DNA of 64,000 bases from Eledone cirrhosa. Taxonomy: Eukaryota. Every line of letters begins with the position of its first letter. Within the stretch, counting starts at the first letter, position 1. The notes under the pieces are model-generated. The model did not search any database and was not told where the DNA came from. It was given only the letters and a program-made list of their open reading frames with translations. The DNA is taken from assembly GCA_964016885.1 (NCBI GenBank), contig OZ024741.1, positions 351,044,001 to 351,108,000 on the forward strand, in the 5' to 3' direction. Positions 34,095 to 46,894 of this stretch are shown one piece after another. The position numbers and the translations under genes were made by a program.

Positions 34095-34940
34095 ATGTAT
34101 TGGCACGCGATGGGGCCCACCCACAGCCCCGGCGGACAGAATGGAGAAGACATTGGCCTTGACGAAGGCTGCTGTTGACTGGCCGCCCCGGCCAGCGCCA
34201 GAGCTGGGGAGGCCGAGGGCGAGTGGGGCGAAATAGAACAGCCGCTCCCAGTCACTGGCTCACTTGGAGTCCATGGCGCTCTCAATCAAGGAAGCGAGGG
34301 CATCGGCTACCGGCACCTGTGCCGCTCTTGGGATCCTGAGTGGGATCTTCCGGATTCGCCTGAGCCGAGCGATGTTGACCAGCGATGCTCGGGCGTCAGG
34401 CAAGCCCGCTGTCCCATCTGGTGGTGTGCCAGACGGCCGTGGCTGGGAAGAGGCAGCTCCTGCACCTCCACGCTGCGAGGGCATTGGAAGCTCGACGAGT
34501 CAAGCCAACGCAGGTGAGGTGGTGGAAGCAGCCGCACCCCAAACAGTTCCGGCCCCTCTTCCGTTTGTTAGTGGTGCCGCAAGTGCTGTAGATGTCGATT
34601 TGGAGGGGTGGGGGGTGGGGCGTGGAGCCGGGGAACCGAGCGGCATCAGGGGTGGGTGGCTGGTGTGTGTGGGTGGAAGGGAAAGTGCTGGTAAGAGGGC
34701 AGCATAGTTCACCTATATATATGCAGGTGCCAGAAAACGAGAGCGAAAAGGGGCTGCATGGAGGGGGAGACACAGGAAGGTAGAATGGCAGTAAATGAAT
34801 GAGTGAATAGATGGATGTACACAAAAAGGGGGGGGGGGACAAGGGGTTGTTCCCAGCGGAAAGACCCAGAGTTCAGCACGCACATATGCGAGCAACTGAG
34901 CAGTTTGTCATAGACGATATTCTCAATGGACGCGCTTACA
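34095..34940 (-). mobile_element. CRE-type retrotransposon 5' part with N-terminal PHD-type finger
   Basis: [C/Y]STC..CLGC..HLTC..WRCRSC, then after a frameshift RIPRAAQVPVADALASLIE..WERLFYF, typical of the CRE pre-RT region; GC-rich island. Confidence 0.7.
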
Positions 34941-35500
34941 ATATTTGAATATAACTGAACCGTCGTGTCATTTAATTTGAAAAGTGGAGCAAAGTAAAAG
35001 GAGAATAGTGAATTTGGAGTGTCAATGCCATGTAATTTTTTTTTTTTTTTTTTTCAATACCGGACTTACAGTTTTCCAGGATTTATACTCAATTTTTTTC
35101 TTTTTCCTTCAAAAGGATGGGGGCGTTTTATCTCATGAAACTAACATTACTTTATGATGTTCGTCATCTATGGCTTATTCTTCCGGGGTCGATAAAATAA
35201 AGTACCAGTAATGCACTGGGTAATTGCTGGCCTTGTGCCAAAAGTAGAAACAATTATTACATAACTCTATAGAACTATTAGAATGTTTGTGCAGTGTTCT
35301 GTGTCCAGCCAGGTTTGTACAACAGGTAAGAAAAATGATGATTCGGTGACGGTTTCTTCTGATAGGAGCCTCTTCAACGTCGGAAGATCGAAGTGAGTTT
35401 TCTTGTCTTCTTCAATACTTTCATAAACGGCTTCGGAGATTTAAAACTTATGTTTCAATTGGTGCTTCCATTTCCACACGGTTCTATTGTCTTTCTCTAT

Positions 35501-35503
<3 letters not shown>

Positions 35504-35564
<61 letters not shown>

Positions 35565-35588
35565 CTAGAGAGAGAGAGAGAGAGAGAT
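35504..35588. repeat. (GA)n microsatellite
   Basis: Directly visible. Confidence 0.95.
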
Positions 35589-35690
35589 ATGAAGTGATTT
35601 GGATTTTTTTCAACACACTAATGTGTGTATGTTGTTCTTTTATTTTGTAAAATTGCTAGAGCGAGAAAGAGAGATTGTATGTGTCAGTAT

Positions 35691-35812
35691 ATCATCATCA
35701 TCATCACCGTTTTACGTTCGTTCTTCCACGCTAGCATGGGTTAGACGGGTTGTCCTGTTGTGGGCAGTGTCTGGTCGGCTGACCATGCCTTGCTCATACA
35801 GGAACTGATTTG
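35691..35812 (-). mobile_element. RTE 3' tail fragment
   Basis: Near-identical to 18012-18130. Confidence 0.8.
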
Positions 35813-36125
35813 GCTATATATATATGTATATATTGTAACTATAATCGCGCAAACACAAACTTATAAAAATAAACGCTCACGGATATACATTCATACAAAT
35901 ACACATACTTTCACGCATATACATTTACACATTCACGCATATACATTTACACAAACACGCACATACAGTCATGATAGCAGTGTTCGGTGAATTGGAAATG
36001 GGAGGGTAAAACAAGTATAATGTTTTATTTATTTATTAACACAGTTAAAGTCTTTTTTAAAAACTCATTTGTATAAAAATTTAATATAAAGGTTACAGAA
36101 CGAAAACACTAACAAATGTAATATA

Positions 36126-37100
36126 CTAGCTGGCCCGTCCGGCTGGCGTCCGGCTAGGTATACCGGCATTTTATTTTTTCAGGAATCCCCCCTCCACTTC
36201 AGTGCAAAGATACCGCACGCCCTCTCAAGTCTGCAAGGTTGTGTGTGTGTGGGGGGGGGGGGGTTTAACATGCTCTGATGTTGGGTTTGAATAGTGTTTA
36301 GGATTCCCCAGTTGAGCAGCCAGTATGTTAAAGAAAATTGATAGTTACAACAATAAAGGCTGAACAGAGAACAAATTTTTTAACAAACTTTACAATAATT
36401 TGTACAACCATAATGGAAATTCCAAGTAACAGAAAATATTTAAATTACATTGTTAGAGCCTCAGAGTATACAATATTTTTTGTTCGGCCCTCCGGAGCAA
36501 AGATGAAGAGATTGTTTGGCGAACTCACCCTAGAGCATCCTACATACAATTGACCATGGGAGAAGCACTGATTTCGTAGCTCGTCTCGCGGAGAAGCTCT
36601 GTAGACGTTGACCCCTGGACACTCCTGTCAGGAACAGGTAAGCTGTAGTGACTTAGAGGCCTACCACCAATCTCCAGGACACTGTTTTCAAGACGAATGA
36701 GCACCTCATTGAAAACGACATCGTATATTACGTTCAGATTGTGTCTGCGTGTGCGGTGAAGGATGTCCTCAGCTAGACTTTCGCGGTGGTTGTTCCACAG
36801 TGCGAGAGGGTCGGCGAGATCGCAGTTGTGCAACATAATAGCAAAACTGTTTTGCAGCTGAGAAGGGACTTTAGCAGTTGCTGCTTCTTGCAGGGTGAGG
36901 TGCCAATGGCTGACATCATGTAACATACTACGCATCTGGCAAGCCAAACGGTAAGTGGAACATTGATAGCCATTGATGGTTCTCAGATCTTGGAAAGACT
37001 GTGGTCCTCTAACCTCAAATAGTAACAATGACGATATGCAAAAATATCTGTACACGAATATATATATTAAAATAACAGATTAAAGTTTAAGCAAAGGCTT
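36126..37100 (-). mobile_element. Internally deleted Helitron (RepHel remnants and 3' end)
   Basis: LLLFEVRGPQSFQDLRTING..TYRLAC..W..TLQEA..LW..LAEDI joined to CFSHGQLYVGCSRV..TKNIVYSEAL*; GC-rich imperfect hairpin then CTAG|T at 36126. Confidence 0.9.
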
Positions 37101-37479
37101 TCATACTTAACGGGATCTTCTGAAACTAAAAGAATCAATCTGTTAACGCAGAAGTAAATATTTCGAAAAACGTTTAATGCAGACAGCCAGACATACAGAG
37201 ATATTATAAGGGCGTTACGTTATAGCTATGTATCTATCTAAAAAGACAGACTAATAAAAAGAGGGGAATGTTGTGCGACGTCATAATAAAAAGTGAGGAA
37301 TGTCATATAACCAGAAGTGTTGACATTTGAAATTTTAAAGAAGTGAATATTTAAATAATGTCTTTAATCTTTTAACAAAATTCAGTAGACAAAAATACCC
37401 TCACTTTTTAACTTGGAAATAGTTACATTTATGATGTAAATTGGTGCTGTTAGGTTCAGCCGTTTGGCGAAAAGTTTGT

Positions 37480-38092
37480 TACATACATACGGCCGTCAGC
37501 TTTATATTATAGATACAAAGGAAAGGGAAAGGAAAAAAGAAAGAGAAAAATACACAAGCATGTAATACACACATCTTAGACCACATCAACAAAAGGCAGG
37601 TGAAAGGGGTGGACAAACGAGACACTACCAGAGCAAAATAATATAGCGAGGAGCACTGGGAAACCTCTCTAATAATTTTTGTGACAAGCCAGCATGCTCG
37701 CAGCGTTACCTGGGGCGATGGCAAGGCTGAGGTGCTTGAACAACCAAGTGCCTTCACAAGCACACCAGTTACCTTTGTTTGGCGAGCCACCAGTGAAGAT
37801 AAGAACCTCGCTGTCAGTCGTCCGACCACCCCAAACGCCTCAAACACCACAGGCTGGATAATTAGTTAGCTGACAGAACACGGTATTTTAGGATTTAGTT
37901 CTGTTCAGCTGCGGATGCTGTACAGCTGCATCCAGGATGTGGGAAGAAGCAAAAGAGTCACTAACTGTGACGTCCCAGATAAGGCCTCTTTACCAGGAGC
38001 ACAGAGTAAGACCGTCAAGTCTTTTCCCATCAATTCTGGACAACCCAGACGGTTCCAAAATTGAGGGGATGTTTGCCCGGGCCAAAGCTCTT
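37480..38092 (-). mobile_element. CRE-type retrotransposon 3' RLE fragment
   Basis: Homologous to 24088-24530 ([24 protein letters not shown]). Confidence 0.88.
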
Positions 38093-38289
38093 AAGTGGTA
38101 ATAGGACAGTGTGTGTATGTGCGTGCGTGTGATTTTGGTGTTCTTAAATTAGAGACGTGTGTGTGTCAATGTTTTTAAGTTAGAGACATATACGTGTGTA
38201 TCCCTTTCCTTCCTTTTACACACACATACATTCACACAAACAGACATACACATTGTGTGGTGGACAGAAGTCCCTCAAATTTATATACA

Positions 38290-38920
38290 TGTGAATGGAG
38301 TTCTACTGAAGCATTTAGAGAAGTATCTTGGAGCCGTGTTCATGAGTGGTGGAATGCAGGAGGCTAAATTAAGTGCAAGAATTGCAAAAGCTGATGCAGT
38401 AATGCACCAGCCTCAGCAATCAGAAGGGGGTAGGTGTAAAAGCCAAACTGGCTGTCTTCCTGGTATTCCTGCCAACACTTACCGAGGATCATGAATCTTG
38501 AGTAATGACCAAAATAATACAATTGCAAATAAAAGTGGCAGATATGGGATTCCTCCAAAGAGTCTTTGGAGTAACGTTACTCGATAAAGTGCATAGCTCA
38601 GAGACCAGAGAGTCACTCCTGGTAGAGCCACTACTTCTCCGAATTGAGAGATCACAACTCCGATATTATGAGCATGTGGTTAGAATGTCTCAGTAAAGAA
38701 TCGCTGGACACATTTTACAGGCAAAACCAGACAGCAAGGGACCTAGAGGTAGACCCTAAGCAAGATAGTTGCATAACATCCATGAGCTTGGCTGGTCTCG
38801 CTTTGGGATCCAGCTGGATCAGTTAGAGATGTTTGCTTCTGACAGACTCGCTGGAAGGAGTGTTTGAGAAGGACTCTGCCCTCACAACCCTCTCAGAAAT
38901 AAGTGGGCAAAGAAGAAGAT
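38290..38920 (+). mobile_element. RTE second-family 3' fragment
   Basis: KYLG, ARIAKA, IERSQLRYYEHV; homologous to 21130-21735. Confidence 0.8.
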
Positions 38921-39020
38921 ATTGTCAATTTACTTTTCAATCTACATATATATATATTTGCGTAGAATACCGATATGCACACTACACGCTCGTGGGCGGT
39001 TTTTCTGCTAGTGATGATAA

Positions 39021-39205
39021 TTGTTTCTATTTTAGGCACAAGGCCAGCAATTACCCAGTGCATTACTGGTACTTTATTTTATCGACCCCGTAAGGATGAA
39101 AGGCAAAGTCAACCTCGGCGGGATTTGAACTCAGATCATAAAGGGACGTAACTCTGCTGGAAAGCATGGCGTCTGACCCTCTACCGATACTTCCAATCCA
39201 CCGCC
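39021..39205 (-). mobile_element. Full-length tRNA-derived SINE with TSD
   Basis: TSD ctgctagtgatgataat at about 39004 and 39206. Confidence 0.9.
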
Positions 39206-39639
39206 CTGCTAGTGATGATAATGATTAGACAACTGTGAGTAGAGTATTTGTCTTAGCAACCAAGTTTCCTGTATTTCATACATGCCTAAAGCGGTGAAGA
39301 TTTGGTTGCATCAATATTTCTTCTATGTTAAAGTGCATGGCTTTTTCTAGCTGGCTAGCTGGGGCCACGACAATTTTCACCCACTACAGTTTGTAAGGTG
39401 TTAGTGCTAATGCCCCAATACACTCTGTAAAGTGATAGTGTCATGATAAAATGCACATGGTTCACTCTACAAAGTGGCTGGCATTAAGAAGTGCATCCAG
39501 CCATAGAAACTATATCAAATATGGAACATATGGACAAAATATAATTCTCTCACCAGTCTAGTCTTGGACCATGATGACCCATCCAATCCATGCCTGCATG
39601 GAAATTGGACTTAAAATGCTGATTCTGCTGACCAAACAT

Positions 39640-40540
39640 CATCTGCCCTTCAATGATGACAGTCTTAAGTTATGCCACATGGCTTCAGTTAGGACTTAAC
39701 TGATAAACAACTTCAGTCTTCTGGATGTTAATTATCCAACCAAACTTTGTAGCTGCACCATAAAAAGCATCCAACAACTTCTGCATGTCCTCTGCACTAT
39801 AGAGAATAAGAACACAGTTGCCAGCAAACAACAGTACTCTCACTAAAATGTGTGGTCTTAATCTTAGTAAGAAGTTGAATGTGTTAGTATCAGTGACAAA
39901 TAAAATAAGAATAACATTAATAATTGTTTCTACTTTAGGCACAAGGCCAGCAATTACCCAGTGCATTACTGGTACTTTATTTTATCGACCCCGTAAGAAT
40001 AACATTAATAATAGAATGCAGACCTGTTGATTCCTGCTGTAAAATTTAATGGTGCAGAGCTGGAGTTTATCTGTATAACCTGGTTGCTTATACCAGACTG
40101 TAGGAGCTCTGTCATGAGTGAACTTGTCTGGGTATCCAAATCATTCTGAGTATCTACCACAGACCTGAACAGTTTACAAAAGCCTTTGTCAAGTCAACAA
40201 AGACCACATACAATGTATTATTCTGTTCCATACCTTTCTACTGGATCTGGAAGAGTAACAATTCTGTATCTGTGGTGTTTCTTCTAATTCTGTTGGAACA
40301 ATACTCTAAGTCTGTCGAAAATACCTTTTCAATAGACTCCAAGCCTCTTGTAAATATCTTTTGAACTAGAGCAAGTAGTAAACTCTTTGGATAGTTCCTC
40401 AATTCATTCCTACTCTACTTCTTGAATGATTCCAGAATCATAGACATCTAATGAGTTTGTCTCCTCCATTTATACATACTTCTGTAGGAATTCTGTCCAG
40501 ACCTGGTACATATCTATCTGAAAGCAACCTGGTTACAACT
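39640..40540 (-). mobile_element. Old RTE/BovB-like LINE fragments with a nested SINE piece (39925-39993, TSD taagaataacattaataat)
   Basis: LLFAGNC..MQKLLDAF..INIQKTEV; VDLTKAF-like motif. Confidence 0.6.
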
Positions 40541-40559
40541 AGACTCCTCCTAAACTTTA

Positions 40560-42055
40560 CAGGTCATATATCCAAGTTGACAGGTAGGGAGTCAAAGAAG
40601 CAATCAAGGAGATGAAAAATGGTAAAGCTGTAGGACTATCAGAGATAGTTGCAGGGATGCTAAAAGTATCAAGAGAAGTAGGAGTTGAACTAGTAACCTT
40701 CATAATACAGTACGGACTCAAACCCAATGACTGACACAGCAGTACAATCATAAATTGCTACAAGGGCAAAGGTGATATTCTAGAAATCAGTAACTATAGA
40801 GGAAGAAAACTAATGGACCAAGTTATGAAATTGACAGAAGGAGTTATAGCACAGCTTATTAGGAAAAGAGTTGAATTAGACAAGATGTGGTTTGTTTTCA
40901 TGCATGGGAAATGTAATACAGATGCCCCCTTTTTAGTAAGAGGAATACAAGAAAAGTTCCTGGCCAAGAATAAGCAGCTATATTTAGCTTTTGTAGATCT
41001 AGAAAAGGCCTTTAGCAGAGTACCTCGATCAATTATCTGGTGGTTCTTAAGGAAATTAGGTGTAGAAGAATGGCTTGTAAGAGCAGTTTTAGACTGGCTA
41101 TTCATGGTAACTTGTCTATATTGATGATCTTTTAACTGAATCCATAAAAGAGAATAAGTTCCAACTATGGAAACAGAATTTGGAATCAAAAGGTTTGGAA
41201 TCAAAAGGTCTGGAATCAAAACTAAAGAGCTTGTACGTAGGAAAGATAGGATTCTCTCAGGGAAGTGGGCCTGCTCAATATGTAGTAAAGGAGTAAGCAA
41301 AAACTCTATACGATTTACACAATATAAATCTCGGATACATAGGAGATGTAGTGGGACATTGGGTATACTGACAGGAAGGGAAGACTTTGTATGTAAAAAA
41401 TGCACAAGGGTAATTGAGAGGAATAGCATTATTGATATAAACTTTTTCCAATTACATGAAGGATCCGTAGATGCGGTCGATAGCTTTTGCTACCTAGGAG
41501 GCTTAATTAGCAGTGGAGGAGGGTGCTCTATGAACATAATAGCTAGAATAAAGATAGGATGGAAGAAGTTTAGAGAGCTACTCCTGCTGTTGGCAACAAA
41601 AGGATGACTGTATGACGCCTGTGTGCGAAGTGTGATGCTGCATGGTAGTGAAACATGAGTAGTGACTGCGTAGGCAGGAGAGAAATGAAGCAACCAAGCT
41701 TCGTTTGATGTGCAATGCAAATGTGAGATAAAGACAGAACTTGGATGAACTGAGAGAAAAACTAGGTTTAAGAGGAATCCAAAGTGTTATGCAGGAGAGA
41801 AGACTGTGTTGGTATCGACATGTGATGCGAATGGATGATGATTGCTGGGTGAAGAAGTGCCAAGAAATCCCAGTGGAAGGACAACACAGTAGAAGTAGAC
41901 CAAGGAATACCTGGGCAAAGTTTGTGAAAGCTGATCTCAAATCATCGAAACTCACAGAGATGTCAAAGGAATGCAGTAAGTGGAGAGATGCTGTGCTGAA
42001 GAGGACCTTTCCAACCAATGCATGTGTGGAAAAAAGGAAGTAAAAACAATGATGA
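40560..42055 (+). mobile_element. RTE LINE (PHD-RT family), decayed
   Basis: FVDLEKAFSRV, KWACSICSK, FCYLG, ERRLCWYRHV. Confidence 0.9.
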
Positions 42056-42390
42056 CATATATGTTTGTATGGATATAAGTTTATGTCTACTTATAACTAA
42101 AAGTACATCTATCTATAATTATATATGTCCATGTGTGTGTATATATATATATATATATGTGTGTGTGTAGGTATATATATGTGTGTGTGTACATGTATTT
42201 ATAGGTATATGCTTGTTTAAATAATTTTATTCATATATATACGAGTTATATATGTATCTGTGTATGTATATATATATATTTGTATGGGTATATTTGTGTA
42301 TATATGCGTACGTTTATATATGTATATGAATAGAAAAAATACATATTTCATGGTTGTTTAACTTTAAGACTGACAATGTAAGTTATATGA

Positions 42391-43330
42391 GTGATAAGTC
42401 CAATTTTCAAAAAGGGAGATTGCTCCAATTATAGACGGATCTCTTTCTTAAACCTCCCTGATAAAGTCTATGCTAAGTGTCTGGCAAAGCGATATGGAGA
42501 TTGTCAAATCCCCGAGCTAGCTGATGAACAATGTTGTTTTTCACCCAGACGCACCATAGCCAACCAAATATTCACACTGTCGCAGGTCTTTGAGAAATCA
42601 TGGAAGTACTGCTAAAGGATGTATGCTTGTTTCGTAGACCTCAAAAAGGCATATGACCATGTTCCATGGGACCTGCTGTGGAAGGTTCTGCAGGAGTATG
42701 GGATCAATGGTTAGCTTCTTGTTGCCTTGATGTCTTGAAATGAATGCCCTAATATTTATGTTCAGATAAATGCTACTAAATCAAAGCCATTCTAAGTGGG
42801 AGTCAGACTCTGCACGGGGTGCATACTGTCACCACTCCTGTTCGTAATCTTCATGAACAGAATTGACATACACAGCCAGGTTGGAAACGGTATCACAACT
42901 GGTAGGTGTAGGATCACTCGGCTGCAACATGTAGAAGGCATGGTGTTACTTAACTCATCAAAAGGTGATCTCTGACATGCACTTGATAAGTTTGATGTGG
43001 AGTGCTGCATGGCTGGAATGAAAATCATGCTGCAAAGACTAAGACACTCGTCTTCTCAAGGAAGCCTGCCTAGTGCACTCTACATATGAATAGAGTTCCA
43101 CTGAAGCAAGTGGAGAAGTTCAAGTATCTCAGAGCTGTGTTCATGAGTGATGGAAGGCAGGAGGCTAAATAAAGTGCAAGAACTGAAGGAGCTGGTGCAG
43201 TAATACGCCAGCTTCAGTAATCGGAAGATGTAAAAGTCAAACTCGCTATCTTCCATTCGGTATTCATGCCCTATGGTCATGAATCTTGGGCAATGACTGA
43301 AAGAATTTGATTGCGAATACAAGCGTGTTT
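42391..43330 (+). mobile_element. RTE second-family RT fragment
   Basis: PIFKKGD..NYRRISFL, FVDLKKAYD, LSPLLF. Confidence 0.82.
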
Positions 43331-43574
43331 GAGGACTATCCCCATGATCCTCCTAGAAAGAAGCAGAAGAAAAAAGGGAGAAGATTGTAAGTTACCTCCC
43401 TTCCAATATTTTTAATCCTTTCTCTGTTTAGGAATTTTAACATTTTTTGCTTAGCACTCTTATGACATAAATTTGACTGTTCTAATAATTTTAATAGAGA
43501 TGAAGTCACTAAAATAGCAACCTGTTGTGCTCCCTGGGCTCGCCTTTTTTATACCGATTTTTAATCTTCTGGTG

Positions 43575-44590
43575 AGATACATATATTAATGACATAGATG
43601 TCAACTTAAAGAATGCCAGTTCTGAAATATGCAAATGACATCAAGCTGTACCTTGAGATAAAAAGGACATATCCTGAACACTATAGATCTTTCCTGCAAT
43701 CAGAAACAATGCAGCAATGGATCACGGACTGGCAACTCAAGCTGGCTGTGGACAAGTGTACCACCATGCATTTTAGGAGGAAAAACCCAGCGTCCACATA
43801 TCCCCTCCGCAACACTAATATCAAGAAGTCTTCTTGTGAACGTGACCTGGGCATTACTGTCAGCAGCGATTTGCGTTGGACAAAGCACGTCTCTAAAATT
43901 GTCAAGAAAGCTGAGGGTGTCTTACCATCACTCAGCAAGACCTTTGTCAGCCGCTCTCCAGCTATCTATTTAAAGCTGTATGGTGCGGCCACACTTAGAA
44001 TTTGCATCACCAGTTTGGAACCCCTATCTAGCTCAGAACATTGACCGCCTGGAAACTGTTCAGAGATGTGCAACCAAGTGTATACCCTCCAGCAGGCATC
44101 TACCGTACTCTGAACGCCTGCTTCCCTGGGCATGGATACATTGAAGCCCCGACGTCTGGCAACTGACTTGGTAAACACCCACAAAATTATTAACCATCTT
44201 GCAAACAACAACCCTGAGTACCTTTTTGATTTCCATGTGTCTAACACACTTGGGCATGCCTACAAAGTCAGAAAACAGCACAACTCCCATGACTTTCAGA
44301 AACATTTTTTCATGCTCAGAGTTGCTGAAGCATGGAACAAACTACCTGTATCAGTTGTTAGCTGCTGAGACACTGCATCCTTTAAAACCTCCATGCTTCC
44401 TGAAATTCGCCAACACTACCCCTGATATCCCCGCTCCATACACACGCACACATGTATATCATGATTCATAAACTGTTCACTTTCCTAACATTTGTACATG
44501 TACAATACATCCACTATATGTACTATACAAGTACCTTTGATGAGTTGTAGTGCACCTGAGCACTGTACACAATTTCATTCATTATTATTA
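43575..44590 (+). mobile_element. CR1-type LINE 3' part
   Basis: YINDI, KYANDIKL, WQLKL..KC, ERDLGITVSSDLRW..H, RVAEAWNKLP; (ATT)n tail. Confidence 0.88.
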
Positions 44591-44593
44591 AAT

Positions 44594-44912
44594 TCTGAGT
44601 CCAAATCCCGCCGAGGTTAACTTTGCCTTTCATCCTTACGGGGTCGATAAAATAAAGTACCAGTAATGTTCTGGGTAATTGCTGGCCTTGTGCCAATAGT
44701 AGAAACAATTATTATTAAAAGGCGGTGGATTGGCAGTATCGGTAGAGGGTCGGACGCCATGCTTTGCAACACAGTTACGTCCCTTTACGGATTGAGTTCA
44801 AATCCCGTTGAGGTTAACTTTTCCTTTCATCCTTACGTTGGTCGATAAAATAAAGTACCAGTAATACACTGGGATAATTGCTGGCCTTGTGCCAAAAGTA
44901 GAAACAATTATT
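44594..44912 (+). mobile_element. Two tandem tRNA-derived SINE copies (partial plus full)
   Basis: Same family as 17123. Confidence 0.85.
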
Positions 44913-44964
44913 ATAATTATTATATTGTCATTACTATTATTATTATAGATTACATTTTGCTTAG

Positions 44965-45158
44965 TAATATTTTGAGGCAAGCCAATACGTTCGCAGCATT
45001 ACCGCGGATGATGGTGAGGTTAAGCCGCTAAAACAACCAGGCCCCCTCACGGGCATCACCTGATACCTCAGTAAAGTGAACTGCCAGTGATGACAAGTAC
45101 CTCACTGTCAGCAGCCCAACTCCACCAAACGTCTCGAACGCCACAGGCTGGAAAAAAT
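44965..45158 (-). mobile_element. CRE-type 3' terminal fragment
   Basis: FQPVAFETFGG..REGAWL..RGNAANVLACL. Confidence 0.82.
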
Positions 45159-45194
45159 AACTGTTTTATAGTTCCCGGCAATTTCGGATTTTAT

Positions 45195-45216
45195 TCCGTT
45201 CGGCAACGGAGGCTAG
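45195..45216 (+). mobile_element. Helitron-like 3' terminus (orphan)
   Basis: TCCGTT-CGGC-AACGGA hairpin followed by GG-CTAG|T. Confidence 0.5.
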
Positions 45217-45882
45217 TGTTTAATGAAAATTTTGTGTCGAAACAATTGTAAAGATGAAATGATTTAAGAACTTTTATCGGTCGTCTTAATTTGTTTTATA
45301 TGCTCTGTGTTTAAAATGTCACTTTTCTTCCACTCTTAAAATTCTCCCCGCTATATTTCTATCTGTATAAACACATTGAGCTTAAATTTTCTCTCCTAAT
45401 TTCTCTTCAAGTAAGTCTATGTGTACTGTATGTTTAGGTTTTCGGGGAAAAGGTTCATTGCGAACATGCAGGAGGTCAGATTAGTTGAAAACACACGAAA
45501 AAAGCCTAAGAAAAAAATATTACTTAGCAATCCCCAGCGGATGTTTTACTATAAACTTAAACGGTTGAGAGGTGCTTATCTGTAACTCCGAGGGTACCCC
45601 TCCCTTCCACGCCTCCGTTTTCGGGAAGAGGAGACATTGGCAAGTGAGTCGGATATCAGATCGGTTAAAAACAAACGAAAAAAAACCTACAAAAGAAAAA
45701 AAAAAATCACACCGAAGAGAACTCCGAGGGTCGTCCTCCACCCCCCAAAAATCCGTTTTCGGAGGGGGTAATCGATCCGAGGTCATATTAGTTGAAAACA
45801 CGGAAAAACCCTGAAAATGTTTTTGAGTTATCAATTTCATGTATAGGGTTGGTGAAAAAAATTTGATAACCATATATCTGTT

Positions 45883-46232
45883 TTCTAATTTGGCCCTTGT
45901 AAGGGCCACCTATATTTTCATTTAAGTTAACTCCACTGTTGGTGAAAATGACTTGTTTTCTACATTGATAACCATGACTGAAAATATAGTTCATGGTATT
46001 AGCTGTCAGCAGTAACTTCACTGTTGGTGAAAATGACTTGTTTTCTACATTGATAACCATGACTATGAAAATATAAATGATTAAATCCAATTTATTGGCA
46101 CTACAACGCTATTAGCTGTCAGTCGAAGCAGCCGATGAAAGCAAAACATCGTTTATTTCCGTATTACTACCACGCGTAAGTGGAGTTACTTAAATGAAAA
46201 TATAGGTGGCCCTTAAAAGGGCCAAATTAGAA
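45883..46232. mobile_element. MITE with ~55-bp TIRs and an internal ~50-bp direct repeat
   Basis: ttctaatttggcccttgtaagggccacctatattttcatttaagttaactccact versus its reverse complement at 46179-46232. Confidence 0.8.
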
Positions 46233-46291
46233 TATACCGCTGCGTTTTTACAGTTTTACTAGTTACACATACACACACATATATATATACA

Positions 46292-46370
46292 CACGGTGTC
46301 CCCTCCAAAATATATACACACTTCGATTACTTTGCTGTTGAAGTGTGTATACATTTTTTGGGACACTGTG
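46292..46370. mobile_element. Solo ~80-bp Tc1/mariner-type MITE
   Basis: cacggtgtccc..aaaatatatacacactt / aagtgtgtatacattttttgggacactgtg; relative of the array units at 47.7-49.1 kb. Confidence 0.75.
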
Positions 46371-46372
46371 TT

Positions 46373-46406
<34 letters not shown>

Positions 46407-46894
46407 GGGAAGGGAGAAATTTTTGGATGCTATACCTGACATAATAAAAAACCCAAATACACCCCTAACATTTGTCGCAATATCAATCACGAGAGTAAAT
46501 AAATACATAAATAAGAAATGATAAAGGAAAAGAAAATCCCTACATTATGTAATATTCCCAGTCAACCCTAAATTTTCCCTAAATTTCAAAACCGGGAGGG
46601 GAAAGTCCGAGAGTTAAAATCCCAAATGATGGTACCTCAAATACTAGTGTATCCCTTCGCATTACAGTTTAAAGCAATACATATGATCGCTTTGATGACT
46701 CTTAATCGTTTCTAAGGGTCTCATTTTTTTCTCTTCTTTCTCTCATATATCTATATATGTCAAAATCTTTCCCTCTGTCTATCTCTTTCCCTCTCTGTCT
46801 ATCTTTTGCCATAAAAACGATAATGATAATCAATTCAATTAAGAAATATATATATATATATATATGTATATTATTAGTATTATTATTAAAATTA

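Noticed and set aside
35270-35490. Complex-looking sequence next to (GA)n as a coding exon
   Set aside because: No recognisable peptide in any frame and no paired splice sites.
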